From Anthoceros angustus (Eukaryota; Plantae; Anthocerotophyta), in assembly GCA_010909165.1 (NCBI GenBank), contig VJWM01000219.1:62001-126000 (forward strand): DNA of 64,000 nt, read 5' to 3'. Under the pieces are notes generated by a model. The model saw only the letters and a list, made by a program, of their open reading frames with translations, was not told where the DNA came from and did not search any database. Positions 37,518 through 49,041 of this stretch are shown here, piece after piece. A program made the translations under genes and the position numbers. Each line of letters opens with the position of its first letter. The first letter of the stretch is position 1.

Positions 37518-38145
37518 AAAAAGAGATGGGAAAAACCCATCCACCCCAAAAACAAAGGGGCGAAAACCCAATAAAGGGCACCATGCCAGGGGGATTAGCC
37601 CCCACGATCACGCATTTCAAAACTACCAACCGCCCGAAGAACTTCGTGGTCAGGGATGTGAAAATGCCTGCTTACCACCGATATCGAAGAAGTTGGGCTC
37701 GTTGTCGTTCTGTACACTGCATTGGCCAATGCCCTTTGCAGAGCGATGGAAACCCTTTGCTGGAAGAAAGAAATAATACAAGAAAGGGGGAGGCCAACCC
37801 CATTCTTGCGGCTGTGATAAGCCTTAGCGCAGGCCTTGACGAACCTAGAGAAATCATTGCCCATGGCTCCGTGAGTCTTGATGGCAAGGGGGACGAAGGC
37901 GTGGCCGTCCTGCATAGGAGAATACTTGTGGACTTAAGCCGTCGCGCATCCCTCCGCTGCCCAACCTAGAGGGTTAAAGATAACATGTTCGCAGACACTG
38001 TCCCGGGTGGGATCGGTGATAACCACATCAGCAACTGAAACCTGATCCCCCAGGTTAAAAATAGATCAGCTCTAAGCGAAACCCGTTGAGCAGGGTGTAA
38101 GAGCGCTCCCTAAATGGAAGGGACCGCCTTCCCTAGCAATAGAGA
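37518..38145 (-). mobile_element. Second, shorter 3' fragment of the same CRE-like retrotransposon family
   Basis: HAFVPLAIKTHG...FFQQRVSIALQRALANAVYR; colinear DNA similarity with about 34276-34890, including the 3' UTR. Confidence 0.82.
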
Positions 38146-38373
38146 GTGGACCAATGAGGTTTTGTTTTCTTTATTGAACATAGAGTTCCTCCATATGGAG
38201 ATTTGCTTCGGTTTCTTTTAACTCAGAAAATTTATAGGTAATATAAGTAAAATAAGACAATGGTGCATTCCACCTTGCAAAAAGTATAAAATTTTAATAA
38301 TACCCAATATATATCATAGAAAGCCAAGAAGTAGAAGACCAAAGGTCAAGTAGATTAAATGAGTGGATTGATG

Positions 38374-39862
38374 AGCCTTTCACATCAAAGACGACAAGCG
38401 AACTGCGAACGGCGCAGTGCGCCTTTGATGCTTTGGCAGATTACCGAAAATAGCATAACTACGGGCATAGCCGGCCTCATAGCGCCGTGAGCATCGAAGG
38501 CACAGTGCGAAGCGCACTGCGTGGCTTTATGACCCTCCGTGATAAGCGGGCCGGGTCGGCATAATAAGCGGGCCGGGTCCCGATGGCCTAACCTAATGAC
38601 GATGATATATAATCTCGCTGGCTTAGCCATACGGCTATATAAGCATGTGGATAGGGTGTGGTCTAGCTTGTGGCCGTGTCCCTTGTGCAGGGTGTGCTCT
38701 AGCTTGTGGGCGTGTTCCTTGTGCAGATGGTCACTCGCCATGATGGAGTGTGTTCTTTTTGAGTTGTGTTCTTTCATGACAAAAGTCTCCTCACGATAGA
38801 GTGTGGGCTAATGTCCTTTTGCTGTTGAGTTTTAAGGATTATTCTTATTTTTAGCCTGATTTTTTTATTAATATCATCATGTGCTTGGAGGTGCGACAGC
38901 ATGGCAGGCACCTCTGTCAGTCATAAAAACTTTGCATCGTACAGAAGCTCTGTTACCTAGAGCCATGAATCAGTGGGGGAGGTGGACTGCTTGCACCCAC
39001 ACCATCCACAGGTGTGCCATCTAGTGTCGTGTCTGCGTCATGCTCCATCTTGAGCTTGGTTTGTGAAGTCTAGTCGAAGGTGGCTTTACCCGGATCCTGG
39101 CTTTAGAATTCCAGTGAACTTGGGATTGCCCTCACAAAGGGCAGCCATCGCCTCGTAGTGCACCCAGGTAGAGTTCACTTGGCCTGAGCTTGACTTGGAC
39201 TCCTTCTCCTTCCTGTATTTTTTCTTCAAATTCTCCAGCTTCTGCTTACACTTTTTTGACGTCAAGCCAGCAATCTTGCAGGAGCTACTCACATCTTTAG
39301 AGATTTGTGTCCAATGTCTAGTTGCCAGGTTGCTGCGCTTGAGGTGGACCACTTGCATCTCGATATATGTGTCGATTAAAGTCGCAGTTGCTTCTTCGAT
39401 CCAAGTGATGACCTCCGAACGTTTTCATGTGGCATCTGCATATTTCCTAGCACTCCTCGGCAGCACATAATCATCCGAATCTTGCTCCATATTTTCTGTA
39501 CCAGCCAAAAGCGACTCTTGAGTACTTGTATTGGTGAAGATATACACGGCTTCCTCCATTGTTCAGAAAGGGCTTGCAGCACCAAGGCAAGGCAACGTAC
39601 GGCCTTGTCCGCAGCACCCACAACAATTTGGGCGGGCTAGGTAATGACGAGATTACCGGGACTTATGGATCCCGGGTGGTTGCAAAGGAACCAGGGTCTG
39701 CAACCCTACAATAAAGGGCCTTTTTTTTGGCTCGACTGCGACTTGGAAGGCGTAAGGGGCGACTCTTGGCGGAAAGAAGGCCAAAAATAAGGTATTCCCC
39801 TTCTTTTCGGAGTGAACTGCGAACAGCGCCGTTCACTTTGTCGTCTTTGATGTGAAAGGCCT
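38374..39862 (-). mobile_element. TIR DNA transposon, PIF/Harbinger-like, non-autonomous, with decayed Myb/SANT ORF
   Basis: Left end AGCCTTTCACATCAAAGACGACAA matches the reverse complement of the right end TTGTCGTCTTTGATGTGAAAGGCCT. ATG flanks both sides. An internal Myb/SANT-like ORF is present. Confidence 0.8.
39086..39424 (-). pseudogene. Myb/SANT-like (trihelix-type) DNA-binding domain remnant inside the TIR element
   Basis: WIEEATATLIDTY...HWTQIS...TSKKCKQKLENLKKKYRKEK...WVHYEAM, preceded by an in-frame TGA. Confidence 0.75.
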
Positions 39863-40368
39863 ATGAGGACTAGACTGTATAGGTTAGTCTAGGTGGTGCC
39901 TGGCAAATAAACTAATAGAAAAATTAACAAATAATCTGAACTAGATAGCTTGAATATCTCTGAACTTTGTAAGTATCCCTCTAAACTACTTATTTTCTAG
40001 GCGTTTTTATGCCTATTTACACAGACGTTTAAAAAATAAGTTGTAATTAAATTAGAACAAAAAGCATAAAACACATCATGTAATTGAGATTGATCACCTA
40101 AGCAGGTTAAAGATTGTGCTGAACAAGAGGCCGTCGGAAGGGAAGTAGCCACGCCGCACTCTTTCTCTTTTGGAACGTAAATCACGATCGGTTACCCAAA
40201 TGTGAAAGGGGGCTAGCGTGTCGCGTGGCTGTGGTTTGCCCGTCAAAAGCTTCTTCTGTTGGACTTGCCCAGTAGCTTCGCGTCCGTGCTCCAGGCAATT
40301 GAGCGATGGTCTTGAATTCCGGGTGGCCTTGGGGAACCTTGGGTCGACTTAGTCGGCACAGCGTGCGC

Positions 40369-43300
40369 ATGGCCCCGTTCCCCCTGCCGCCTGAGATGGG
40401 GTGGCGCAATGGTGCAATCCAGCCACCAACTTCCGTCGCGTCCAGGTCCGACTTGCAGATTGACATTGGGGACGTTGATGACGAGCTTCCGGTTCGTGCT
40501 GCCGGCTTCGCCCTATCGTTTGCCTCTGCGCTCTCGCGCGGCCTGTACTCAGCTGCTTGCTGCTCGTCTGCAGGCCTGCTGCAAGTGCCCTCTGTCGGAA
40601 TCCACCACTGAGACTTTCCTGGAGGCCAGGGATCTCCTCTGTCAGGGCAATTCAGCTTATCGCTCGTGCAACTTTGAAGAGGTTCTACCCGTGCGCATCC
40701 CCATGTTCAATTGGAAGTTTAGTGCTCTTGCTCTTGCTGGTGCCTGAGTAGGAGCAGCAGCTGGGATACGCGGCACATTTTCTTGGCCATTGCGAACTTA
40801 TTCTTTCGGGCCAATTGAGTGTTTGCAAGATTAATTTCCTGTGTTGTCTCCTGCATGCCTGGAGCAGGCCATCTCCCTTTACTCGAAGGCTCTCCACAGG
40901 CAATCCCCTGACACACCTTTGCTCTTAAGCAATCGATCGGCCTCGTTTTGCAGGTACGAAGGATCGTAGCTGTCTACTTGTTCTTGATTTCGCTGACGGT
41001 CGTAATTCTACTATTTTCGGAGGGAGCTTGGCAGTGTCCAGGAACACAGTGTTGGAATTGGTAGGACGTAGCTTGCACTACATGGATGGGAACTGCAGTT
41101 GCCATGCAATTACGTCTTTGTTTGGAGTCTATTCCTTAGAGGACGGGGTCACTGGTGAAAATTTGGGATATATGGCTGGTTGAACTGTTTATTTGCCACA
41201 CTACATACCGGTTGAACTGATATGGACCATGACATGCTTCTTTCTTCGCCCTGTCTTCTCTGTTCCTTGCCAGCTTGAGTAAAATGCTGAGGAAGTTGCC
41301 GGCAGCCATGTCCGAAGAAAGGTCATTGTATGGGCTGGATCCTATGTCTTTTGTCCAGGTGACCAACTCGAAACTCTGGTGGTGGAGGTCTACTTGTATG
41401 TGCCGCATGCTAATAGCTTTGGTTTTGCAGTTAGCTCTGAAGGATGCTGAGAAACTTTTGAAGATCTGCACTCAGTGGCCGAGAGCCTATTTTCGGAAAG
41501 GTTCAGCGCTTGTCATGGCAAGTTGGATTAGTTAGACATTCCCCCCTATTCTAAAGCGCTCTGGAGACGTCAGTTGTTGGCTACCGAGAAGTAGGAACTG
41601 ATTGTGGTGCAATGTTGTTCGAGAGTGCTGAAGCAAAGCTTCTGGTGGCCTATGCCAGCTGGAGCGATATGAAGAGGCACGAGAAGTTTTTCTCTCAGGC
41701 TTGCAGATCGACCCATCAAGGTAATCTTGTTGACTGAGCAGGGATTTACAACTTGTCTACAAATCAAGACGTCTGTAGCTTACTTATTTGCTTACTACCG
41801 GGACGTATGTTTGTGATTGTACCCCAGCTTGGATCTGCAAAGTGGCATGAGGGATGTGGCAGCAGAAGATTTGCCTAATGAGAAGAGGAAGCGAGCCAAG
41901 GTTCAGCGATCGGATGAATTTGATTGCATTCTATGCCTGAAGCTGATGTACAACCCAATAACAACACCATGTGGACATAGCTTCTGTCGTGCATGCCTTC
42001 TTCAGGCAATGGACCATGGTGCGGCAAGTTGCCATTCCAATTTGAGTAGAAGGGCTGGTTGCTTCTCCCTGACGGAGTGTTGTTAACAGGTATCTTTCTT
42101 TTGCAGGCAATAAGTGTCCAATGTGCAGAACAGTTTTGTTCGTGACCTCAAAAACCTATCCACTGAGGTGATACTCTAAAATACATCATGCTGGTGCTGT
42201 TCAAGTTGCGGTAGCTTCAGATTTCGCTCTGAGCAAGTTGACTTGTTTGTTGAAGCTGATGGAAGAGTGTGTTCCACTATGCAGTTTCACCCTCAATAAC
42301 ATTATTCAACGCAATTTCCCAGATGAGTATGCTGAAAGAAAAGCTGAGATGGATGCAATAACTCTGGCGGGAGAGGAAAATCTGCCTTTGTTTGTAATGG
42401 ATGTGGTGTTGCCATGTGAGAAAATGCATCTCAACATATTTGAGCCCCGCTACCGTCTCATGGTGAGCTTGTGTTTCAAATTACTTGTAATAATCTGTCC
42501 CTTTAGGCCAACATGCGTCTTGAAGCCTCTGAAAGTTTAGACGTGCAACTTCCCAAGGTGTTCTTAATGAGGGGTGTTTGTTCTGAGCTCTGGCAGGTAA
42601 GGAGGATTATGGAGGGCAACCATCGGATGGGCATGGTACGTTACATTTCTGCTTGTGCTAGGTCGTGATGTCTCACAACCTCAGCCAGCATGCACCTCCT
42701 CATTGCAAAAATCCTGGAAGCAGTGGTTGTTTTTGGTTTTTAGTTCCAGTGTACATTCGTGCTGCAGGTTGGCATTGATCATGAGACTGGGACATTGGCG
42801 GAAGTAGCATGTGAAGTAGAGATCTGTGAGTGAGTACTCACAAACATACAACCTGCTGTGGGAAAATGAAAGCTATTGAGGATCTGATGGGACAATCTTA
42901 TCTGCAGATGTGAACCTATGCATGATGGGCGTTTCCACCTGGAGGTCAGTTTCATAAGATTGATGACCTGACCTTGGACATTGTAGTCCAGCTGGTTTAG
43001 TGTTCATGCTTTCCTCTGAATTTAGGTGGAAGGAAAACGCCGTTGCCGCATCACCAGAACTTGGGAGCAGGACGGGTATGCCCCATGTAACTTCAACTTC
43101 AGCCAGGTTGTGTGTACAGATTGAATGTGAAAATTCGCATTCATGTAGATGGACCTTTTGTTGTCTGTGAGTTGCAGGTACCGTGTTGGTGAAGTTCAGT
43201 GGCTTCAGGATGTCGTCCCAGCAGAGGGGTCTCAAGAAAAGAAGCAGGTCGCTTGTTTTCTGCTTGTGCCTAATGATCCTCGGCTGTAACAGCTGGTAGT

Positions 43301-43996
43301 GATTCCTGATTTGCGATTTGATTCTGTTGTGCAGATTCAGGAGCTTGCCATAACAGCAGCAGAGGTGGCCCGTTCCTGGATGACCCGTGCACAAGAACTT
43401 GTCCGATCTGGTACAGCATCCCGCAACCACAGTTTTGTCAGCCCTAGTTTGTAGGGCCTCACTGACTACTTGCTTTTCCACTTGATCACAGACCGTCGGA
43501 GAAACCTTAATGACCTGATGAGTCAGGCTGACGGGATGCCAAACACGAGCGATGCTGAGAGATTCAGTTTCTGGGTAGGGCAATGGATCATACTTTTGGT
43601 TGGTGTTGCATTGATTGAGGTGAGGATGTCGCAGCCAGGAGTAGTGTGTTCCATGTTGGACGATGGTTACAGAACTATGTGGTGTCCCAGGTGGCCAGTC
43701 TTTTGCATCTAAGACCTCCTGACAAGCTAAAGTTTTTGCGGATGACTAACACGCAAGAGGTTCGAGCGTTTACTTTGTTTATTCTGAACATAGTTTGTTC
43801 TAGCATCGTGTTCACCTTTTTGTTCTACTGGATCGTGATATGGAGTATCAGTTCCTAGTAGGCACACCCTGCGCATGAACGCTGGCAGGTCTCTGTCCCT
43901 GCTGTTCACCATTTGGTGTTTGTTTCTTTGCAGAGGTTGACACGAGAGATGAATCTCCTTCAGGCTGGTCATTCTCAAGGGTGTCACATCCAGTAA
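40369..43996 (+). CDS. TPR-RING-LON substrate-binding domain E3 ligase (LONRF, At1g18660-like), many exons
   Basis: LALKDAEKLL..AYFRKGSAL (TPR); DCILCLKLMYNPITTPCGHSFCRAC..KCPMC (C3HC4 RING); LPLFVMDVVLPCEKMHLNIFEPRYRLM (LON N-domain); ends QGCHIQ*. The start could be 40306. Confidence 0.92.
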
Positions 43997-44488
43997 GCAT
44001 GTGCTTGTACAAGTCGCTGATTGACATGGTTGCTAACTGTGAAGGCAGCATAAGTTCATTCCTCTGTTTAAGCTCTGTACGTTCTGAGTCAGTATATTCT
44101 TCTCAGCAAAATTGCTGTAGCCTGTGATATTATAAAGTATTGCTACTTGTTTAACCGCGCGAGGTGTGTGGTCGGGAGACTTCAGACCTGTGTGCTATCA
44201 GAATGTGCGGACACGTTGTATCAAACGCACTTTAAGCAGCTTTAAATAAAATTAGGTCTGCAAAGTTGCTTAACGCTTCGTTTGAAACACATGCATTGTC
44301 CTCGAAGACCTGGTTCGACCAATGTCAATCTTTCATGTAACATGAACTTGATCAAAATCCCAAGGCAAAACAAGGGAGTTGCAATAATAGCATGTAACTC
44401 AGTGTGTCTCTAGAAACTGGGCACAAGGAAATGATGAAATAGGGGGAGAAAATAACTAAAGTTGACAATCTCTAACCAAAAGTGATCT

Positions 44489-45683
44489 TTAGTTGCTACC
44501 AGCCTCCTCCAGCAATTTTTCCACTTCGAGTTCCAACTCTGTGCAAGCAGCTTCGATGTCCAAATTCTTCTTGCTCAATTCTCTCCATTGACTATCAAGG
44601 ACATGAAGCTCTGCAGCAGCAGCTTGCTGCCAACGCAAGAAGCCAAGAAGGCACAGACAACAGCAAACATTAAAATCTCCACTCAGGAATCCCAACAAGA
44701 GCAGAGCTTTTGTCATTGTGCTTGGGTCTAATACCTGGTTCAATTTCCGCTCACGATTCAATGCATCAATTTCTTGTCCATTCTCCCTTACTGTCGACTG
44801 CAATCTGAAAGCCAACGATGCCAAGGTTGACAAGGATAAAACATTTCACATCAGGAAAAAAAAAAACGAAGATGGGGCATACAAGGGACGAGATACCTTG
44901 CAAGAAACCCTTCCAGATGCTGATTATGCGCCTTCCATGCATTGGTACCGTACTTGAGCATCAATTCCAAATTCTCTAACCTGGGTATTGCCAAGGACAC
45001 ATTAGCCGTGACTTCAATGGAGAACCACCATCTGATGCTGAGACAATGAAGAGTCCTCACCTAAGAGATTGATGCTGCAGCTGACTGTACGCATTGGTCA
45101 CAGAGTTCTTCCATGCGCTAGGGTCATTCCGCTTAGTAGCAGGGGGTGGCTCTAACCCATATCGCGTCATATCAATGGTTACAGGTGGCTTGCCTGCACG
45201 CACTCGCTCAAGCTCCTTGGAAAGCATGGGCCAGTTCTGCATGAAACGGAGCCATGTGTAGTATGTCCATGGAAAGAACAAAAAGGGAAAAAGAAATCCC
45301 AACGACTAATTCCTGCTTTCCTGCTGGCGGACAACCAACACCTCAGCCAGTTGCTCACTTTGCAATCATTATATCATACAGTTCTGGGACAAAACAATGG
45401 ACAGGAATGCAAGCACCTCTGTGTGAATGGTGAATAAGCGGACCTGTAGCTCAAGTGTTGGAGCAGGCGGGAGCTGAGCAAGAAAGTCTGCTGGCCGCTT
45501 GGAGCTGTTCCTCATCTCTTCCTCAATCATCTTGTCCACCTCCGCTTTGATTTCTTTGTTGGCATAGTCGTCATCAATGTAAGGCAGCGCCTCGACAGTC
45601 TCGTTCATCAGGCCATGGCGCCAGCCCTGCTTGGTCCCGTTAGGCAGCGGCGCTTCCAACATGAGGACATCGTTCCCCGACAT
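44489..45683 (-). CDS. MOS4: Pre-mRNA splicing factor SPF27/BCAS2
   Basis: EALPYID; [11 protein letters not shown]; AYSQLQHQ; [11 protein letters not shown]; LNRERKLNQ; [12 protein letters not shown]. Confidence 0.93.
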
Positions 45684-45861
45684 GCTGAAACTCTTCAATC
45701 CGCTCAGTCGTTCAGCCGTTAGCTCTTGCTACTCATATTCGGCTCCCGCCTCTCCAGCCATCCTAGAACCTACTCTACCTGTGCAGGCCACCCAACATCA
45801 GATGCCAACTGAAAAAGGAACTTGGCTCCTAGGTCGCCGGAGTCATTGCCCCCTCCCCAGA

Positions 45862-47454
45862 ATGGCTCTAGCGTCCATGCTAGCTGCTTCAGGTTGCTCC
45901 AGCCTCTCTCGCCCAGCCCAATATTTGCACTGCAATATTCACCTTGCAATTGCCGGCTCGTCCCTCCAATACCTCAAAGCACGAATTCTAGGTCACAGGA
46001 ATCGCAGACCGGTACGAGTGGGTTGTGCTCTGCTCCAGGACGCACGTCTGCACCTGGAAGAGCCTTCACCAGCTGCTTTGCCGCCTCCCCTCGCCTCTCT
46101 GGATTTTGAGGACGAAGGACAGCCTAACTCAGTGACTTCCGCGTATATACACATCCCCTTCTGTCGGCGGCGATGTCACTACTGTGACTTTCCGATTGTG
46201 GCAATTGGGGAGAAGGAGAGTACAGGGCCAGGGCAAAAACATGTCGACAGCACCATGGCAGACTATGTGGACCTGGTCTGCAGGGAGATATCCACCACTG
46301 CAAAAGCCCACCAGAGGCATGCTCTCAAGACAGTGTTCTTTGGTGGAGGGACTCCTTCCTTACTGCCTCCGCGCATGCTCTCAACCATCATGGACTGCCT
46401 CCGGCGTCACTTCGGAATAAGAGATGGAGCTGAGGTGTCCATTGAGATGGATCCAGGGACATTCGATGCAACGGCTCTCCAGCTCTTGGCTGACATAGGG
46501 GTAACACGAGTGTCACTCGGGGTGCAGGCATTTCAAGAGCATCTTCTGAGGAAGTGTGGTCGAGCTCATGGGCTCGAGGATGTGTATGATGCAGTGAAGC
46601 TACTTCGATCCAGTACCATCGAAAACTGGAGCTTGGATATCATCTCGTCGTTGCCGGATCAGACTCTGGAGCTTTGGGAGCAAACGCTTCAGGAAGCCCT
46701 GCGAGCTGGACCAAATCATATCTCTGTGTATGACTTGCAGATCGAGAAAGGCACACAATTTGATCGCTGGTTTAAGCCGGGGCAAGCTCCTCTGCCCACG
46801 GATGAACTGTCTGCTGATTTCTACAGGGTGGCAAGCAAGGTGTTGTCAGAAGCAGGATTTGTGCACTACGAGATAAGTAACTACGCCAAGCCAGGTTTCT
46901 GCTGTGAGCACAACAAGGTGTATTGGCTCAACCGGCCTTACTACGCCTTTGGTCTAGGCTCTGCAAGTTATGTCGACGGGGTAAGATTCTCCAGGCCTCG
47001 GAGATTGAAAGAATATGCAGCATTTGTTGACAGACTGGACTCATCAGCAGCACAGGTTCCTCTCAGCCAACAGAGTTTGGAGGACAGCTTTTTAGATACC
47101 GTCATGTTATCCATGAGGCTTGCACGTGGATTGGACGTGCAACAACTCCTGATGAAGTATGGCCCCCTACTCACCGTGACAACGTTGAAAGCAGTGTTGC
47201 CGTATGTGACAAGCGGGCATGTGTTGGTGCTCGATCCTTCCAGGAAAGTACTACCTGTGGAGACACTTGCAAAAGTGTGCTATGAATGTGGTGATGTTCA
47301 GGCTACAGGAAATGATCCTCGGGACCCTGGCTCGCCTTGTGCGGTGCCTGACAGGTTGGCGGTTGTTGGGTTTGTGCGGCTCAGTGATCCCGAGGGTTTC
47401 CTGTTTTCCAATGAGGTGATCTCGGCCATGTTCGCAGCAGTAGGCTTTTCCTGA
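45862..47454 (+). CDS. HemN-like radical SAM protein (HemW/RSAD1 heme-chaperone type), probably organellar, single exon
   Basis: SAYIHIPFCRRRCHYCDF (CxxxCxxC), FFGGGTPS, RVSLGVQ, HISVYDL, HYEISNY, HNKVYW. Transit-peptide-like start MALASMLAAS chosen over the ORF-track start at 45631. Confidence 0.9.
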   Translation: MALASMLAASGCSSLSRPAQYLHCNIHLAIAGSSLQYLKARILGHRNRRPVRVGCALLQDARLHLEEPSPAALPPPLASLDFEDEGQPNSVTSAYIHIPFCRRRCHYCDFPIVAIGEKESTGPGQKHVDSTMADYVDLVCREISTTAKAHQRHALKTVFFGGGTPSLLPPRMLSTIMDCLRRHFGIRDGAEVSIEMDPGTFDATALQLLADIGVTRVSLGVQAFQEHLLRKCGRAHGLEDVYDAVKLLRSSTIENWSLDIISSLPDQTLELWEQTLQEALRAGPNHISVYDLQIEKGTQFDRWFKPGQAPLPTDELSADFYRVASKVLSEAGFVHYEISNYAKPGFCCEHNKVYWLNRPYYAFGLGSASYVDGVRFSRPRRLKEYAAFVDRLDSSAAQVPLSQQSLEDSFLDTVMLSMRLARGLDVQQLLMKYGPLLTVTTLKAVLPYVTSGHVLVLDPSRKVLPVETLAKVCYECGDVQATGNDPRDPGSPCAVPDRLAVVGFVRLSDPEGFLFSNEVISAMFAAVGFS

Positions 47455-47718
47455 AAACGGACAAGCTTGGAGCCGTTGTCATCTGGGCAGCATCCTTTTC
47501 TAATTCAATTGATCGTGCTCGGTGACGGGACTCCAGCATTGTGTGATGGGCCTGCATTGCTCGGCAGCTGCCAATTCTGGCCCGACCTCAATCTGCACAT
47601 AACAACCCCGAGAAGCGGGATTCTTATTACAACTACAGGAGACAGCCGGGTTGATGCTCGGCTTTATATGTTAGTCTTTACGAATTTGTCTGTTTGCAGC
47701 TTTGTTGCTTCTGGCACC

Positions 47719-49041
47719 ATGGCGGCAACCGTGAAGCGGAAGGGGGAGGGCATAGCGCTGCTGTCCGTGTACGCGGACGAGGATGAGGAGGATGCGGACA
47801 TGGAGGATGAGGAGGAGGATGAGGCCATGCCCGACGTGGTCCTGGAAGCGGAGCCGACCAGGGTTGAGGTTGTGCAGCAGCAGCAGCCGGTGGCGCAGCG
47901 GCAGCAGGAGGAGGATAGGGTGGGAAATGGCGGAGCTGTGGCCGTGGGAGCGGGAGTGCGGCGTGGAGGGAGGGGCATTGTGGACTACGCACATGATGAG
48001 GCTGCCTTGTCGCCCGAGCCTGAAGGCCGGGAGCAGGATGGCGGGGGCTCAGAGGCTGGAATTGTGTACCACCAGTGGGATGCTGGGAATGGAGTGTTGG
48101 AAGAGGAGGTCAAGAGGTCCCCAGCTGCAGCTGCTGCTGGTGCGGGAACAGTTTTCCGGGGGGAGGCCGTGGTGGAGGTGGATGATGCAGGGAAGGGAGG
48201 GGAGGGATCGGAGGCTGCTCGAGAGCGCGCTCCGGAGGTGGAGCCGGCTGCTAATGGGAAACCTGGGGATGAGACATCGCTCCTGGATGCTGAGGCGGAA
48301 CTGGATGATTTCCTGCCTCCGCCTCCTACGGGGAAGTGCTCGGAGGAGCTGCAGAGCAAGTTCGCCAAGTACCTTGCCCTTAAGAACAGCAGAAGAAGCT
48401 TCAACGAGGAGCTGAGGAACTCGAAGGGGTACCGGAATCCAGATTTTCTACAGCGAGCTGTGCGGTATCAGGAGATTGATCAGATAGGGAGTTGCTTCAA
48501 GAAGGAGGTTTTTGATCCGCACGGGTATGACCCGGCGGACTTCTATGATGCCATTGCGGCGGACCTGAAGGAGTTGAAGAGGAAGGAGCAGGAGAAGAAG
48601 CAGAGTCAGAGGATAGATTTTGTGCGGGGGACTGTAGCCTCTGTGCCTGCCATGCCTGATGGTCGCCCCAAGCCCATGGTGCAGCTGTTGGCAGGGCAGT
48701 TGCCTGGAGCAGGCGTTGCAGTGCAGTCTTCGTTTAGGGCATCTTCTAGTGCTACAGTGGTGGGTGTTAATGGGGAGGCGTCCGCTAAGACGGAGGGACG
48801 GAGCAAGAAGACCAAGTGGGACAGGGTTGATGAGGACAAGTGCGGTGTGCCCATTCAAATGGGGGCCAAGGATGCCCTCGCTGCTGCAGCGAGTGCCTCC
48901 AGTGCAAGGTTGGCTGCCACTGCGGGAAGTGGCTATTCGAATACCTGGCTCCCGAAGCGCAGAGAGACGGAGGATAAATCTAAGTCCAGATCAGATAGAA
49001 GGGCAGACAGGCCGGGTGAAAGCAGACGCAGCTTTGAATGA
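47719..49041 (+). CDS. SAP30BP: SAP30-binding protein (HCNGP family), single exon
   Basis: GIALLSVYADEDEE; FLPPPP..CSEELQ.K; SKGYRNPDFL; FDPHGY; KKTKWD. ATG context is ACCATGG. Confidence 0.88.
   Translation: MAATVKRKGEGIALLSVYADEDEEDADMEDEEEDEAMPDVVLEAEPTRVEVVQQQQPVAQRQQEEDRVGNGGAVAVGAGVRRGGRGIVDYAHDEAALSPEPEGREQDGGGSEAGIVYHQWDAGNGVLEEEVKRSPAAAAAGAGTVFRGEAVVEVDDAGKGGEGSEAARERAPEVEPAANGKPGDETSLLDAEAELDDFLPPPPTGKCSEELQSKFAKYLALKNSRRSFNEELRNSKGYRNPDFLQRAVRYQEIDQIGSCFKKEVFDPHGYDPADFYDAIAADLKELKRKEQEKKQSQRIDFVRGTVASVPAMPDGRPKPMVQLLAGQLPGAGVAVQSSFRASSSATVVGVNGEASAKTEGRSKKTKWDRVDEDKCGVPIQMGAKDALAAAASASSARLAATAGSGYSNTWLPKRRETEDKSKSRSDRRADRPGESRRSFE

Noticed and set aside
42873-43583. 236-aa minus-strand ORF
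   Set aside because: Antisense to LONRF exons and introns; no motif.
45631-45861. N-terminal extension of the HemW-like ORF from the ORF track
   Set aside because: Non-ATG start overlapping the SPF27 CDS antisense. The ATG at 45862 gives a plausible transit peptide.
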